DNA of 30,474 bases from positions 1 to 30,474 of the IMG/VR virus record IMGVR_UViG_3300022540_000126. One strand, given 5' to 3'. This document shows, piece after piece, positions 7,701 to 17,814 of the stretch; within the stretch, counting starts at the first letter, position 1, and every line of letters starts with the position of its first letter. The stretch comes from a virus. Its lineage: Duplodnaviria > Caudoviricetes. The translations under genes were made by a program, and so were the position numbers. Below the pieces are notes generated by a model. That model had not been told where the DNA came from, did no database searches, and saw only the letters and a list, made by a program, of their open reading frames with translations.

Positions 7701-9137
7701 ATGGCAATAACAATTCATATCCAACCACAGGAAGTACAACCTGTTTATAATGAAATAATAACTGTGTTATCATCTGATAATGATGATCAAGATAATTTTC
7801 AATATATAATAGACATAAATATAAATGGAACACCAGAAGCAAGATTAAAAATTCAAAATAATCCAGAAGGTTTTGGTGTTATTGATTTACATAAACATAT
7901 AGAACCTTATGTGACTTATGATTTAGATCATGATGAATTGAGTTCATATAGAAATGTTCCTAATATGTTTACAGAATATGATGTTACATTAAGCGAAGAA
8001 TATATCCCAACAATTCCTATTACTGATATAACAGACAATGGCGGTGGAACATTACAAGTAACAGCAGGTACACATGGTTTTGCTGCAGGAAATGTGGTTA
8101 AAATTTCAAATAGTGATGTCACTGTTTATGATGGAACATATAGTATTGTTTCTGTTAACACTACAACATTTGTAATAACAGGGACATATACATCAGATGC
8201 AACATCAGCGGACGTAAGATTGACATCAGCAGTTGCTGAAATATTCACATCAACTTCTGTATTTAGTGGAACTAAATATGCTTTTAATGGTGTAGAGAAT
8301 TGGGTTGATGTTCCTAATTGGGACTTTACTGATTATCAATTCTCTACAAGTGGTGATGCTTGTTTTTTAACAAGTGTAGCAAACACAGGATTTATAATGA
8401 CACAAGAAAGTAGAATGTGGTTTAATATGTATAATTTTGATACACCAAGTAATAATGAATTTGATGGTATTACAATCGAAAAATTCCAAAATGGTACAAG
8501 TGGTGGGAGTGTTGTTATTGCTAATCCAGCTTTAGCTAATCCTTTTATTGGTATCGGTGTTGGTGTATGGAATATTAATAATAGTTCCGAAATATCAGGA
8601 AGTAATCCTAATTTTTTAGTAGGTGCTGATAGTTATACATTAATAGGAACATCTGTATCAGGAAGTAATTATAGTAGTAAAAAATATACATTCTCAATAA
8701 AAGATGAATGTTCAAGATACGAAACATTCCAATTTATCTATATGGATAGATTAGGAAGTTTTGTACCGATTACATTTAATTTATTAAGCAGAGAGAATGT
8801 TACTATTGATAAAACATCATTTAAAAAGAATCATGGAAGTTATAATTCAACAACAAATAGTTGGGGATATAATAGTTATGATAGAGGTAAGACAAGATTA
8901 GATACAAGAGTTAATAGAAGAATCACAGTTAATAGTTCTTGGGTAACTGAAACAATGTCTTCTTATATAGATGAAATGTATGCATCACCAGAAGTTTATC
9001 ATATAGACGAATCTGGTAATATGTTTGGAATTGATATTTTGAAGAGTAATTATGATGTTAAAACAAGAATCAATGATCAATTGTTTAATCATACATTTGA
9101 TTTTGAATATTCATTTAATGATGCTCAACAAAAATAA
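7701..9137 (+). CDS. Tail structural protein (distal tail/baseplate-like) with inserted beta-domain
   Basis: Beta-rich 478 aa; C-terminal C..Y....F.YMDRLGSF...TF and LxVNSSWV...ASPEVY patterns; internal THGFAAGNVVKIS...YDGTYSIVSV (FCCH-like) domain. Confidence 0.6.
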   Translation: MAITIHIQPQEVQPVYNEIITVLSSDNDDQDNFQYIIDININGTPEARLKIQNNPEGFGVIDLHKHIEPYVTYDLDHDELSSYRNVPNMFTEYDVTLSEEYIPTIPITDITDNGGGTLQVTAGTHGFAAGNVVKISNSDVTVYDGTYSIVSVNTTTFVITGTYTSDATSADVRLTSAVAEIFTSTSVFSGTKYAFNGVENWVDVPNWDFTDYQFSTSGDACFLTSVANTGFIMTQESRMWFNMYNFDTPSNNEFDGITIEKFQNGTSGGSVVIANPALANPFIGIGVGVWNINNSSEISGSNPNFLVGADSYTLIGTSVSGSNYSSKKYTFSIKDECSRYETFQFIYMDRLGSFVPITFNLLSRENVTIDKTSFKKNHGSYNSTTNSWGYNSYDRGKTRLDTRVNRRITVNSSWVTETMSSYIDEMYASPEVYHIDESGNMFGIDILKSNYDVKTRINDQLFNHTFDFEYSFNDAQQK

Positions 9138-9145
9138 TAATAATT

Positions 9146-9376
9146 ATGGGAAAGATAGAAGAATTAAAACACGAACATAGTGAAATAAAAAATATAGTTA
9201 GAGATTTGTGGAATGAATTTAAGGTAATGAATTGGTTTTATAAAATATTAACAATAATATCAATGTCATTTTCATTTCCAATAGTTTTAACTTATATGAT
9301 ATTTAAATCATTAATTAATAGATTAATAAAAAACCCAATAGTTTGGTTATATAAAAAATTATTTAGAAAAGAATAA
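9146..9376 (+). CDS. Small membrane protein
   Basis: One hydrophobic helix (ILTIISMSFSFPIVLTYMIF); TAATG overlap with the next gene. Confidence 0.6.
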   Translation: MGKIEELKHEHSEIKNIVRDLWNEFKVMNWFYKILTIISMSFSFPIVLTYMIFKSLINRLIKNPIVWLYKKLFRKE

Positions 9377-12216
9377 TGGAAGATAGAATAGAAATAATAT
9401 TAGCAGATGGAAATACTTTAGATATTAGTAATAATATACCATTTCCTTTAAATTATCAAATTGATGATATTCGAAACCCATCTACAACAAATGGAAATTA
9501 TTCAAAGACTATAAAAATACCTGGGACAAAAAATAACAATATTAGATTAGGAAATCTATTTGATATTAATTCAGATTTTACATATTTTAATCCTAATATA
9601 AAATCATATGCTAAAATTATAGTAAATTCAATTACTATGATGGATGGGTTTTTTCAATTAAGAAATATTGAAAAATTGATAAATGTAGATTCCCAAGGAA
9701 ATGAAATTCAATATGATATAATTTTTTATGAGAATGTTTCTGATTTATTTAATATTATAGATAATAAATTTTTAAATGAATTAGATTTATCAGATTTAGA
9801 TCATACACTTTCAAGAACAGAAATAGAAACTACTTGGACAGAAGATTACACATACGGATATTTATATCCATTAAACCCACCAACTAATAAAGAATTAATT
9901 TATAGTAGTGATAATTTCAAACCTGCTTTATATCATAGAACTATTTTAGAAAAGATAGTAGAAGATGCTGGTTATAAATTATCAGGATCTTTTTTCACAG
10001 ATGGTAATGAGCAATATTACAATAAAGAGGTTATACCATTTACGGATACAGGATATAAATTTGATAAAGAAATATTAGAAGCTAAACAATTTAGAGCTGG
10101 TACACTAACAGGATATAATGAAACTATCGTTGATATTGACCAATATGAAGCATATGCTGATAGAAATCAACCATTAGCAGTACCAGGTGTATTAATATTA
10201 GATGATGATACGACAGATCCTAATTTTGATAATGGTTCAAATTGGGATACAACATTACAAATATGGACAATCCCAAGTTCTGGTGCTTACGATTTAACAG
10301 TCCACGCAGATTTAGAGATTATATTATCTATGGATGACCAACATCATTCGTCTGCAATTTCTACTCCTTATGATCCACATCCATATGTTGATGATCCTTA
10401 TTTGTTTTATGTTGGTGTCCAACCTATTATAAACGGTGTGAATGTAGCAACAAACATAATTTATAAAGAAGGTTTTGATATATTCCCATGGGCTATTTTT
10501 AAAAGCACAGATGTAGTAGAAAATATCACAATAGATTTAGATTTGTTTAATGGATTAACATTACAAACAGGTGACGAAGTTACTTTTAGATTTGTGTATT
10601 TCACAAAAAACGCATATACATATTTGAATGGATATGAAATGGTTGTGAATGTGAAAAATACTACTTATTTAAAAAACACACCAGTTAGTAATATCACATT
10701 AGATGGTGATACAGTTGAAATTAATAAATATTTACCTTCTAAAATAAAACAATCTGATATATTTTTAGATTTACAAAGAAGATATAATCTTTTTTTCAGA
10801 TTAGATCCGAATGCTGTTAATACAATTTTAGTATCAACTCGTGATGAATTTTATTCAGATGGTATATCTGTTGATTGGTCTAATAAAAAAGATTTTTCTA
10901 TCGAATCTATTGTATTATTAAGTGATTTACAAGATAAAAAATTGTTATTTACATACACAGATGATGATGATGATGCTAATAAAAATTACACAGATTCAAC
11001 GACTGATATTTATGGACAAAAAAGAATAGAATATACAAACGAATTTACTAATAGTGAAAAAGAAATCAAAACACCATTTAGCCCAACACCATTAGTTTAT
11101 GGTGAAACGGATGATTATTCGTTTATAGTCCCCCATATTGAATTGGATAAAAATATCAGAGTATTATATTATGGTGGATTAATAAATATGGAAAATGGTA
11201 GAACATGGTCATTTAAACACACTGATAGATCCACACAAAATATAACTTATACGACATATCCATATATAGGGCATTTTGATAATCCATATAATCCTACAAT
11301 AGATATGAATTTCGGAAGTAATAATTTCTATTACTATAATTCATTAGTAGCAACAACAACAAATACGGCTTATAATAGATATTGGGCAAATTATGTAAAT
11401 CAAGTTTCAACATCTAAAATGTTGAAATGTAAAATGAATCTTACTATTTCTGATATTTCATTAATAAGAGATAATATGAATATGAAGATTTGGATAAATG
11501 ATTCATATTATACTATAAATAAAATTATAGATTTTAATCCAAGTAACAAATCTCTAACTGATGTAGAATTAATTAAATTTGTACCATTTATTAAATTTGA
11601 TCCTTTTGTTATACCAACAGGAACAGATTCGGTTGAAACAACATTACCACTTCAAGTACTTGATAATCTTCCACGAAAACCAAGACATATAATTTTTGAT
11701 GGTGAACCTATATTAGTTAATAATTTAGATACTGATTCAGCAAGATTAAAAGGTATAGGTGATGTATCAGGAAATATCGCAACAGGAACAAATTATAAAA
11801 ATGAAATCCAATCAACTGATTCTATTGTTTCTGGTGAAGATAATATAATAAAACAAGACATTAATAATACAGTTGTGATTGGTGATAATAATTTGGTAAA
11901 TAATAATTCTAAAAATATAGGTGTGCTTGGTGGTGATAATAATATAATTGATACAGAAGTTACTAACTCTTGGATAATAGGATCGTCTGATAAATATATA
12001 TCAGAAAATAATGAAATATGGATAGGTGATGCTATCCATATCAAAGGTGGTGCTGTTTTATCTACATATAATCTAATTGAAGGTGGAAGAGATGAACTAA
12101 GAAATGTTTTTGCGACAAGCCCTGAAAATCTAATTGAAGGTGGAAGAGATGAAATACGAGCAACATTCCAAACAAATGTTATTAATCTAATTGAAGGTGG
12201 TGTTGATTCGTTATAA
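9376..12216 (+). CDS. Large tail tip / baseplate hub-like protein
   Basis: 946 aa; N-terminal LNYQIDDIRNP...NYSKTIKIPGTKNN typical of siphovirus tail-tip proteins; C-terminal N-rich beta-helix-like repeats and three NLIEGG repeats. Confidence 0.7.
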   Translation: MEDRIEIILADGNTLDISNNIPFPLNYQIDDIRNPSTTNGNYSKTIKIPGTKNNNIRLGNLFDINSDFTYFNPNIKSYAKIIVNSITMMDGFFQLRNIEKLINVDSQGNEIQYDIIFYENVSDLFNIIDNKFLNELDLSDLDHTLSRTEIETTWTEDYTYGYLYPLNPPTNKELIYSSDNFKPALYHRTILEKIVEDAGYKLSGSFFTDGNEQYYNKEVIPFTDTGYKFDKEILEAKQFRAGTLTGYNETIVDIDQYEAYADRNQPLAVPGVLILDDDTTDPNFDNGSNWDTTLQIWTIPSSGAYDLTVHADLEIILSMDDQHHSSAISTPYDPHPYVDDPYLFYVGVQPIINGVNVATNIIYKEGFDIFPWAIFKSTDVVENITIDLDLFNGLTLQTGDEVTFRFVYFTKNAYTYLNGYEMVVNVKNTTYLKNTPVSNITLDGDTVEINKYLPSKIKQSDIFLDLQRRYNLFFRLDPNAVNTILVSTRDEFYSDGISVDWSNKKDFSIESIVLLSDLQDKKLLFTYTDDDDDANKNYTDSTTDIYGQKRIEYTNEFTNSEKEIKTPFSPTPLVYGETDDYSFIVPHIELDKNIRVLYYGGLINMENGRTWSFKHTDRSTQNITYTTYPYIGHFDNPYNPTIDMNFGSNNFYYYNSLVATTTNTAYNRYWANYVNQVSTSKMLKCKMNLTISDISLIRDNMNMKIWINDSYYTINKIIDFNPSNKSLTDVELIKFVPFIKFDPFVIPTGTDSVETTLPLQVLDNLPRKPRHIIFDGEPILVNNLDTDSARLKGIGDVSGNIATGTNYKNEIQSTDSIVSGEDNIIKQDINNTVVIGDNNLVNNNSKNIGVLGGDNNIIDTEVTNSWIIGSSDKYISENNEIWIGDAIHIKGGAVLSTYNLIEGGRDELRNVFATSPENLIEGGRDEIRATFQTNVINLIEGGVDSL
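12070..12200 (+). repeat. Three in-frame 57-bp-period repeats (NLIEGG[RDE])
   Basis: AATCTAATTGAAGGTGGAAGAGATGAA at 12070-12096 and 12127-12153; its first 17 nt again at 12184-12200. Confidence 0.9.
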
Positions 12217-12242
12217 AAACACACAGACACCACCTATATTTA
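12217..12242 (+). promoter_or_regulatory. Late promoter motif AAAC-N15-ATATTTA
   Basis: AAAC 12217-12220 and ATATTTA 12236-12242, upstream of the tail fibre gene. Confidence 0.6.
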
Positions 12243-12267
12243 TAAATAAGTAAAAGATATTACAACT

Positions 12268-13347
12268 ATGGGAGTAAATAAAATAGATGCAAAAACAAGA
12301 ATAAAGAGAAGTACAGTAACTACAACTGAACCAACAATTGGACCATCAGGTGACCATACAGATGGTACATGGTCTTCAACTGATATTTACAGTGGTGAAT
12401 TATTTTATAATGAACCAGATCAACGCCTATGGATTGGGACTGAAACAGGGATAAGAGAATTTGTTTTAGGAAGTACTGCTGGTTCTTCTGCAAGTCCTTT
12501 TGTGTATGGAACTACAACAGGGATAACTCCCAAATTAGGAAGTAATACAGCAAGTGGTGGTTTTTCTGTTGTTTCAGGTGGAGAAGGCAATATAGCAAGT
12601 ACTAATCACTCTACTGTAAGTGGTGGTAATGACAACACAGCAAATGGTGGTGTTGCCCCAACCGTTGGTGGTGGTGAAAACAACACAGCAAGTGGTAATC
12701 AACATCCAACAGTAAGTGGTGGAGCTATTAATACAGCAAGTGGTAATTATTCAACGGTTTGTGGTGGACTAATAAATACTGCAAGTACTATTTATTCATC
12801 AATAGCTGGTGGACATCATAATAGTACAAGTGTATATACTAATGTACATATATCAGGGTCAAATTTGACAGCAACTTCAAGTAATGCAACTTTTGTTGAA
12901 AATTTAATCTCAACTGGTGTTGTTAATTCAGCAGGATCTATGACAAGTGGTAGTATTTCAACTGGTGCTATAACAGCGACTAGTATTTCAGCATTTTCAG
13001 CGACAGGAATTATAACAGCTGATTCAGGAATCACACAAAATGGTGTTAATTTAAAAACCAAAATACTTGATATTGGAGATTGGAATATGGATACAACAAA
13101 TAGTATTAATGTTGCACACGGATTAACATTGGCTAATATAAGAAATATAACATGGATAATTAGAGATGATGCTAATACTACATATTATTCCCCACATGAT
13201 AATGTATTAGGATATTCTGCAAATATTAATACTATCGGAGCTACAAATATAAATTTAGTTACAAACCTATCATCTTTATTTTCAACAACTGCATTCGATT
13301 CAACCTCTTACAACAGAGGTTGGATTACAATAACATATGTAGCATAA
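12268..13347 (+). CDS. Tail fibre / receptor-binding protein with YadA-head-like repeats
   Basis: N-terminal IKRST...GELFYNEPDQRLWIG attachment domain; six ~15-16-aa NTAS....V.GG repeats; C-terminal VAHGLT...YNRGWITITY tip. Confidence 0.75.
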   Translation: MGVNKIDAKTRIKRSTVTTTEPTIGPSGDHTDGTWSSTDIYSGELFYNEPDQRLWIGTETGIREFVLGSTAGSSASPFVYGTTTGITPKLGSNTASGGFSVVSGGEGNIASTNHSTVSGGNDNTANGGVAPTVGGGENNTASGNQHPTVSGGAINTASGNYSTVCGGLINTASTIYSSIAGGHHNSTSVYTNVHISGSNLTATSSNATFVENLISTGVVNSAGSMTSGSISTGAITATSISAFSATGIITADSGITQNGVNLKTKILDIGDWNMDTTNSINVAHGLTLANIRNITWIIRDDANTTYYSPHDNVLGYSANINTIGATNINLVTNLSSLFSTTAFDSTSYNRGWITITYVA

Positions 13348-13373
13348 TAAAAATAAAACAAATTTAAAATATT

Positions 13374-13520
13374 ATGGCACAACTTAACATTAACTTAAAA
13401 TCACAAATAAAAATAATACCATCATATAGTGGTGTTTATAAAAAATATCCAACCAAGAAAAATAAATTACAATTTACTTTGTGGTTTTTATTCTTTGAAA
13501 TAGAATTTAAAAACAGATAA
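13374..13520 (+). CDS. Small hypothetical protein (48 aa), not in ORF track
   Basis: MAQLNINLKSQIKIIPSYSGVYKKYPTKKNKLQFTLWFLFFEIEFKNR*; A-rich ATTATG start; fills the gap between genes. Confidence 0.5.
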   Translation: MAQLNINLKSQIKIIPSYSGVYKKYPTKKNKLQFTLWFLFFEIEFKNR

Positions 13521-13527
13521 TAATAAA

Positions 13528-14604
13528 ATGAGCGAAATAATATATAATACACATGACGACGACCATGGAATCACAAGAGCTATTGTGACCGCAACAGGTT
13601 GTGTATCAATAACAGACCCACAAATGCAAGTAGCAATAGCTGGTGGGACAGGTGTGTCTGTGTTAAATAAATATGGTAAGAATCCTGATATTGATACAGG
13701 TACAGTACCAGAAGATGTTATTGATACGGGTGGATTAGTCCAATTCCCAACACAAGATAGAATCCATCAAATAGTATCAACATCAGCACAAGATGTTGGT
13801 ATATTGAGAAGTACAGGAACAATTGAATCAAATACAGGAACAACTTTATATGACTCTACTGCTACATTTGTATCTGATGGTGTTGTAGTTGGAGATCAAG
13901 TTTTAGATGATTCTGACCAAGACCATTCAATAGTTACTGCTGTTACTGAACAAACATTAACAGTTGAATTATGGCATCATGGTGGAGATGAAGATAAAAC
14001 TGGTGATAGTTATAGAATTGTAAATCCAAGTGGAACAGGTACTGCTGTATTACATATAAAATCAGCTTATAAGAAAGGTGATGAAACACCTTATACGGAA
14101 TTTGTTATTATGAATGGTACTACAAACGTTCCAACAGTTAATGCTTTATTTAGAATTAATAGAATGCATGGTCATGGAGCAGGAAGTAGTAATTCAAATG
14201 TTGGTACTATTTCAGCAACTGCTGATACAGATGGTACAGTATCAGCACAAATAAACCCTACAAATGGACAAACCCAAATGGCTGTTGCTTATGTGCCAGC
14301 AGGACATATAGGAGTAATAACAAATTATTATGGTTCTATATTTAGAGCAGGAGTAGCATCAGAAGCTATGGCTGAATTAGAAATGAGAAGTAATTTATGG
14401 AGTACTGATAGTAATAATCTTGAACATTCGATGGGTATATCAGTTAGTGGTGGTCCGTCAACTAAAAATTTTAATCCTTATAAAACAATAGGATCAGAAA
14501 CAGATGTTTGGTTGCGAGTAAATAATGTGTCTGATAATAATACTATCTTTTTTGGTGGATTTGATATCATATTGGTTAAAAAATCACAGATAATTAAAAA
14601 ATAA
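13528..14604 (+). CDS. Virion structural/decoration protein
   Basis: Beta-rich and T/G/S-rich; NKYGKNPDIDTG...EDV and FRINRM...GQTQMAVAYVPAG motifs common in phage virion proteins. Confidence 0.6.
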   Translation: MSEIIYNTHDDDHGITRAIVTATGCVSITDPQMQVAIAGGTGVSVLNKYGKNPDIDTGTVPEDVIDTGGLVQFPTQDRIHQIVSTSAQDVGILRSTGTIESNTGTTLYDSTATFVSDGVVVGDQVLDDSDQDHSIVTAVTEQTLTVELWHHGGDEDKTGDSYRIVNPSGTGTAVLHIKSAYKKGDETPYTEFVIMNGTTNVPTVNALFRINRMHGHGAGSSNSNVGTISATADTDGTVSAQINPTNGQTQMAVAYVPAGHIGVITNYYGSIFRAGVASEAMAELEMRSNLWSTDSNNLEHSMGISVSGGPSTKNFNPYKTIGSETDVWLRVNNVSDNNTIFFGGFDIILVKKSQIIKK

Positions 14605-14612
14605 TAATAACA

Positions 14613-17021
14613 ATGGCAAAAGAGGTAATTATAAATGTAAAAACAAAAGGAACAAAAGCAGCAGTAAAAGATATTGATAATTTAAATGATTCGATAGGAG
14701 AAACTAACGATGAATTGAAAGAAGTTGAATCTAACGCAGATGCTATTGGTGATAGTTTAGGTAAAGCTGGAAAGGATGGGCAGAAAGGATTAGGACTTTT
14801 AGGTAAAGGCTTCAAAGGTGTAGGAGGTGCGATTAAAGGAATGGGTATTGGTGTGTTGATTGGTCTATTTGTAATATTGAAAGAAACATTAGAAAGACAA
14901 CAACCTGTTTTAGATTTGATTGACACGACATTTAATGCTATTGGTATAGCTGTATCAACTGTATCAGATACATTTAAAACTATTTTTGATAGAGTAACAG
15001 AAACAACAGAAAATTTTGATGCTCTTGGTAAAGTTTTTTCAAGTGTAGGTACAATTATAAAGAATTTGGTGATGTTAGCATTTACACCTTTGAGGTTGAT
15101 GTTGTTAGCATTACAAACAGATTTTGCTGTATTGAAAGTGGCATATGAATCAGCATTTGGAGATGAAAAATCATTACAATTAGCAAAAGATAATCTTGCT
15201 GGGATGAAAGACGAAGCAATTAAACTGAAAGATAGTTTGGTGGAAAGTGGAAAAGCTATTTTAGATGCTGGGAAGACTATTGCTGAAAATGCGGTTGAAG
15301 CAATGGAAGAAACTAAAAACATAGCTAAAGTAGTAGAAGAAGAGTTTGATAAAATAGATACAAAAAAGATATTACGAGATGCAGAAGAAACTACGAGATT
15401 GAAGAATATGGCAATATTGAAGAAAGCTGAAAATGAATTAGCTTTAATTACTGCTGCAAGAGATGCTGAAATTCAAAGAGAAATTAGAGACGATGTTACA
15501 AAAACATTTGAAGAAAGAAAATTAGCAAGTGAGAAATTAAAAGTTATAATTGACGAACAAGAGAAATTAACAATGGCTAATGCTAAGTTAGTAGTAGATG
15601 CAGCAGAAGCAGAATTGACTACTAATAGGTCAAGTATTGAATTGCAAGAGAAATTAATTCTTGCTAAAAAAGAATTAATTGATGCAGAAGAAACAGCTAT
15701 TGGTTTTAGAACAGAACAAAGAGAACAATTAAGAGCTTTAAATCAAGAAGAAATTGATTCTATTAATAATATAATTGATAGACAAACAGAATCTGCTTTA
15801 AAATTCGAAGAATCAGAATTGAAGAAAGTTCAAATAGTTGTTGATGCTAATAAGATGAAAGTGCAATCATATATCGATGCTGGTGATGAAGAATCGGAAG
15901 CATATAACCAAGCTGTTCAAGATTTAGAAGCAGCAGAAGATGATAAATTAGTTGCTATTGAAAAAGCTAATAAAGAAGCAATCAAAATAGTTCAAGAATT
16001 ACAACAAGATTCAATGGCTAAACAAATCCAAGCTATTAAAGATAACGAAGCTTTGAAATTAAAAATTTTAAAAGATAGTAAAAAATTAAGTGCTGAAGAA
16101 TTAGCCGATTTAGAAGAACAATTAGCTAAAGATACACAGAAAAAAATAGATAAAGTTGTTAAAGATGCTAATAAAGAACGAATCCAAGCTACATTGGATG
16201 CTGTTGCATCTGCTGTAAATAAAGCAGGTCAATTAGCTAATGCTATAACAGATATTTTCCAACAAATCCAAGATCAACAAACACAAGCAATGGAAGAACA
16301 AATTGCTGAAAGAAATGAGTTAATAACAGAAGATTTTGATAACCAAAGAATAAATTTAGAAGAAAGTCATATTAATGCTATTGGATCTTTAGAAGCAAAA
16401 GCCGCAAGAGAATTAGCAATCACTGGTGCTGTTAGTATAGCTACTCAAAATCAAATCATTGATGAAAATAATAATAAATTAAAAGCAGATTTCACATTAG
16501 CGCAAGCAGAATTTGAAATACAGAAAAAAGCTGAAAAAGATGCTAATGATTTAAGAGAAGAAGCTTTTAATAAACAAAAGACATTATCTTTAGCGCAAGC
16601 AGCAATTTCAACAGCATTAGCAGTTGTGAATGCTTTAGCTACTACACCATATCCATTAGGTGTGGGGTTAGCAATTGCTGCAGGTGTTGCAGGTGGAATA
16701 CAAATTGCAGCAATTAGTTCTACACAATTTTCACCAGAATCTACTTCATTATCAGCACCTACAATGCCGAAATTAGCAGCGAATATTCAACCTGCTGATC
16801 AAACAAATTCATTAGGGTTGTCAGGTGCAGGATCAACAGGTGCTTTATCAGCAGATGCACAATTTAATAAACAAGAATTGTTTGGAGTTGGATCTGAAAG
16901 TGTTGGTGGTGGCGCAGGATCAAGACAAGGATCTTTGAAAGTTTCTGTATTAGAAAGTGATATAACATCAACACAAGCAACAGTTTCTACAATAGAAAGT
17001 GGTGCTGAATTTGGTGGATAA
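14613..17021 (+). CDS. Tail tape measure protein
   Basis: 802 aa; A/E/K/L-rich coiled coil; KGMGIGVLIG and AIAAGVAGGIQIAAI hydrophobic segments. Confidence 0.85.
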   Translation: MAKEVIINVKTKGTKAAVKDIDNLNDSIGETNDELKEVESNADAIGDSLGKAGKDGQKGLGLLGKGFKGVGGAIKGMGIGVLIGLFVILKETLERQQPVLDLIDTTFNAIGIAVSTVSDTFKTIFDRVTETTENFDALGKVFSSVGTIIKNLVMLAFTPLRLMLLALQTDFAVLKVAYESAFGDEKSLQLAKDNLAGMKDEAIKLKDSLVESGKAILDAGKTIAENAVEAMEETKNIAKVVEEEFDKIDTKKILRDAEETTRLKNMAILKKAENELALITAARDAEIQREIRDDVTKTFEERKLASEKLKVIIDEQEKLTMANAKLVVDAAEAELTTNRSSIELQEKLILAKKELIDAEETAIGFRTEQREQLRALNQEEIDSINNIIDRQTESALKFEESELKKVQIVVDANKMKVQSYIDAGDEESEAYNQAVQDLEAAEDDKLVAIEKANKEAIKIVQELQQDSMAKQIQAIKDNEALKLKILKDSKKLSAEELADLEEQLAKDTQKKIDKVVKDANKERIQATLDAVASAVNKAGQLANAITDIFQQIQDQQTQAMEEQIAERNELITEDFDNQRINLEESHINAIGSLEAKAARELAITGAVSIATQNQIIDENNNKLKADFTLAQAEFEIQKKAEKDANDLREEAFNKQKTLSLAQAAISTALAVVNALATTPYPLGVGLAIAAGVAGGIQIAAISSTQFSPESTSLSAPTMPKLAANIQPADQTNSLGLSGAGSTGALSADAQFNKQELFGVGSESVGGGAGSRQGSLKVSVLESDITSTQATVSTIESGAEFGG

Positions 17022-17046
17022 GATAATAAAAAATAAATAAACAATT

Positions 17047-17763
17047 ATGAAAAATAAAGAAGAAAAATTACAATTATTTGAATTGGTATTAGGTGACGAT
17101 GAAATGAATGATGGTGTATCAACTATATCTTTTGTTGAACATCCTGCACATGAATCTAATTTTATGCATTTTTCAAAAGATAAACAAATAGAATATAAAT
17201 TCACAGAAGAAGGAGAAAAGAAGATAGTAACAGGAGCAGCTATTATCCCAAATATTCCTATTTATCGTTATGATAAACAAAATGATTTTGAATATGAAGT
17301 GGTATTTAAAGAAGATACTATTGCGAAATGTCAAGAATTATTTTTCAAAAGAGCACATCAAAAAAATTCAAATGTTGAACATATGTTTGCTTTGGATGGT
17401 GTTACCGTTGTAGAATCTTGGTTGGTTGAAGATCCTAAGAATGATAAATCAAATGCTTTGGGTTTTTCTGATATAAAAAAAGGTAGCTGGTTTATTTCAT
17501 ATAAAATAGATAATGATAGTTTATGGAATAGTATTAAATCTGGTGATGTTAAAGGATTTTCAATTGAAGGAATATTTATAAATGAAGAAATAACAGCATC
17601 TATGTTTTCTAAAGAAACTATTGAAACAGAAGAGGAAGTTGTTGTAGATAGACAAGAACAAATCAAAGAGATAATTAATAGTGATAAATCATATGATGAA
17701 ATGTATGATTTAATAGCTGATATAATTAAAGATGAAATAGATTTCGAAGAAGAGGAAAATTAA
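17047..17763 (+). CDS. Prohead protease (XkdF-like putative serine protease)
   Basis: ISFVEHPA...IIPNIPIYR...SNVEH...VVESWLV...GSW...VKGFSIEG motifs; precedes scaffold and capsid. Confidence 0.85.
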   Translation: MKNKEEKLQLFELVLGDDEMNDGVSTISFVEHPAHESNFMHFSKDKQIEYKFTEEGEKKIVTGAAIIPNIPIYRYDKQNDFEYEVVFKEDTIAKCQELFFKRAHQKNSNVEHMFALDGVTVVESWLVEDPKNDKSNALGFSDIKKGSWFISYKIDNDSLWNSIKSGDVKGFSIEGIFINEEITASMFSKETIETEEEVVVDRQEQIKEIINSDKSYDEMYDLIADIIKDEIDFEEEEN

Positions 17764-17787
17764 ACACTTTCTCTTCATTTATATTTA
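17762..17787 (+). promoter_or_regulatory. Late promoter motif AAAC-N15-ATATTTA
   Basis: AAAC 17762-17765 and ATATTTA 17781-17787, upstream of scaffold/capsid. Confidence 0.65.
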
Positions 17788-17814
17788 ATAATATAGGAAA
17801 AATAAATAATTACT

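Noticed and set aside
12070-12200. CRISPR-like mini-array (27-nt repeats, 30-nt spacers)
   Set aside because: It is in frame inside a CDS, the spacers are similar at amino-acid level (LRNVFATSPE / IRATFQTNVI), the repeat is not palindromic, and there are no cas genes or leader.
12268-13347. Diversity-generating retroelement target
   Set aside because: No reverse transcriptase and no adenine-variant TR/VR repeat pair seen.
14594-15322. 242-aa antisense ORF, and other minus-strand ORFs within 1607-22959
   Set aside because: These are shadows of strongly supported + strand structural genes, with no start context or motifs.
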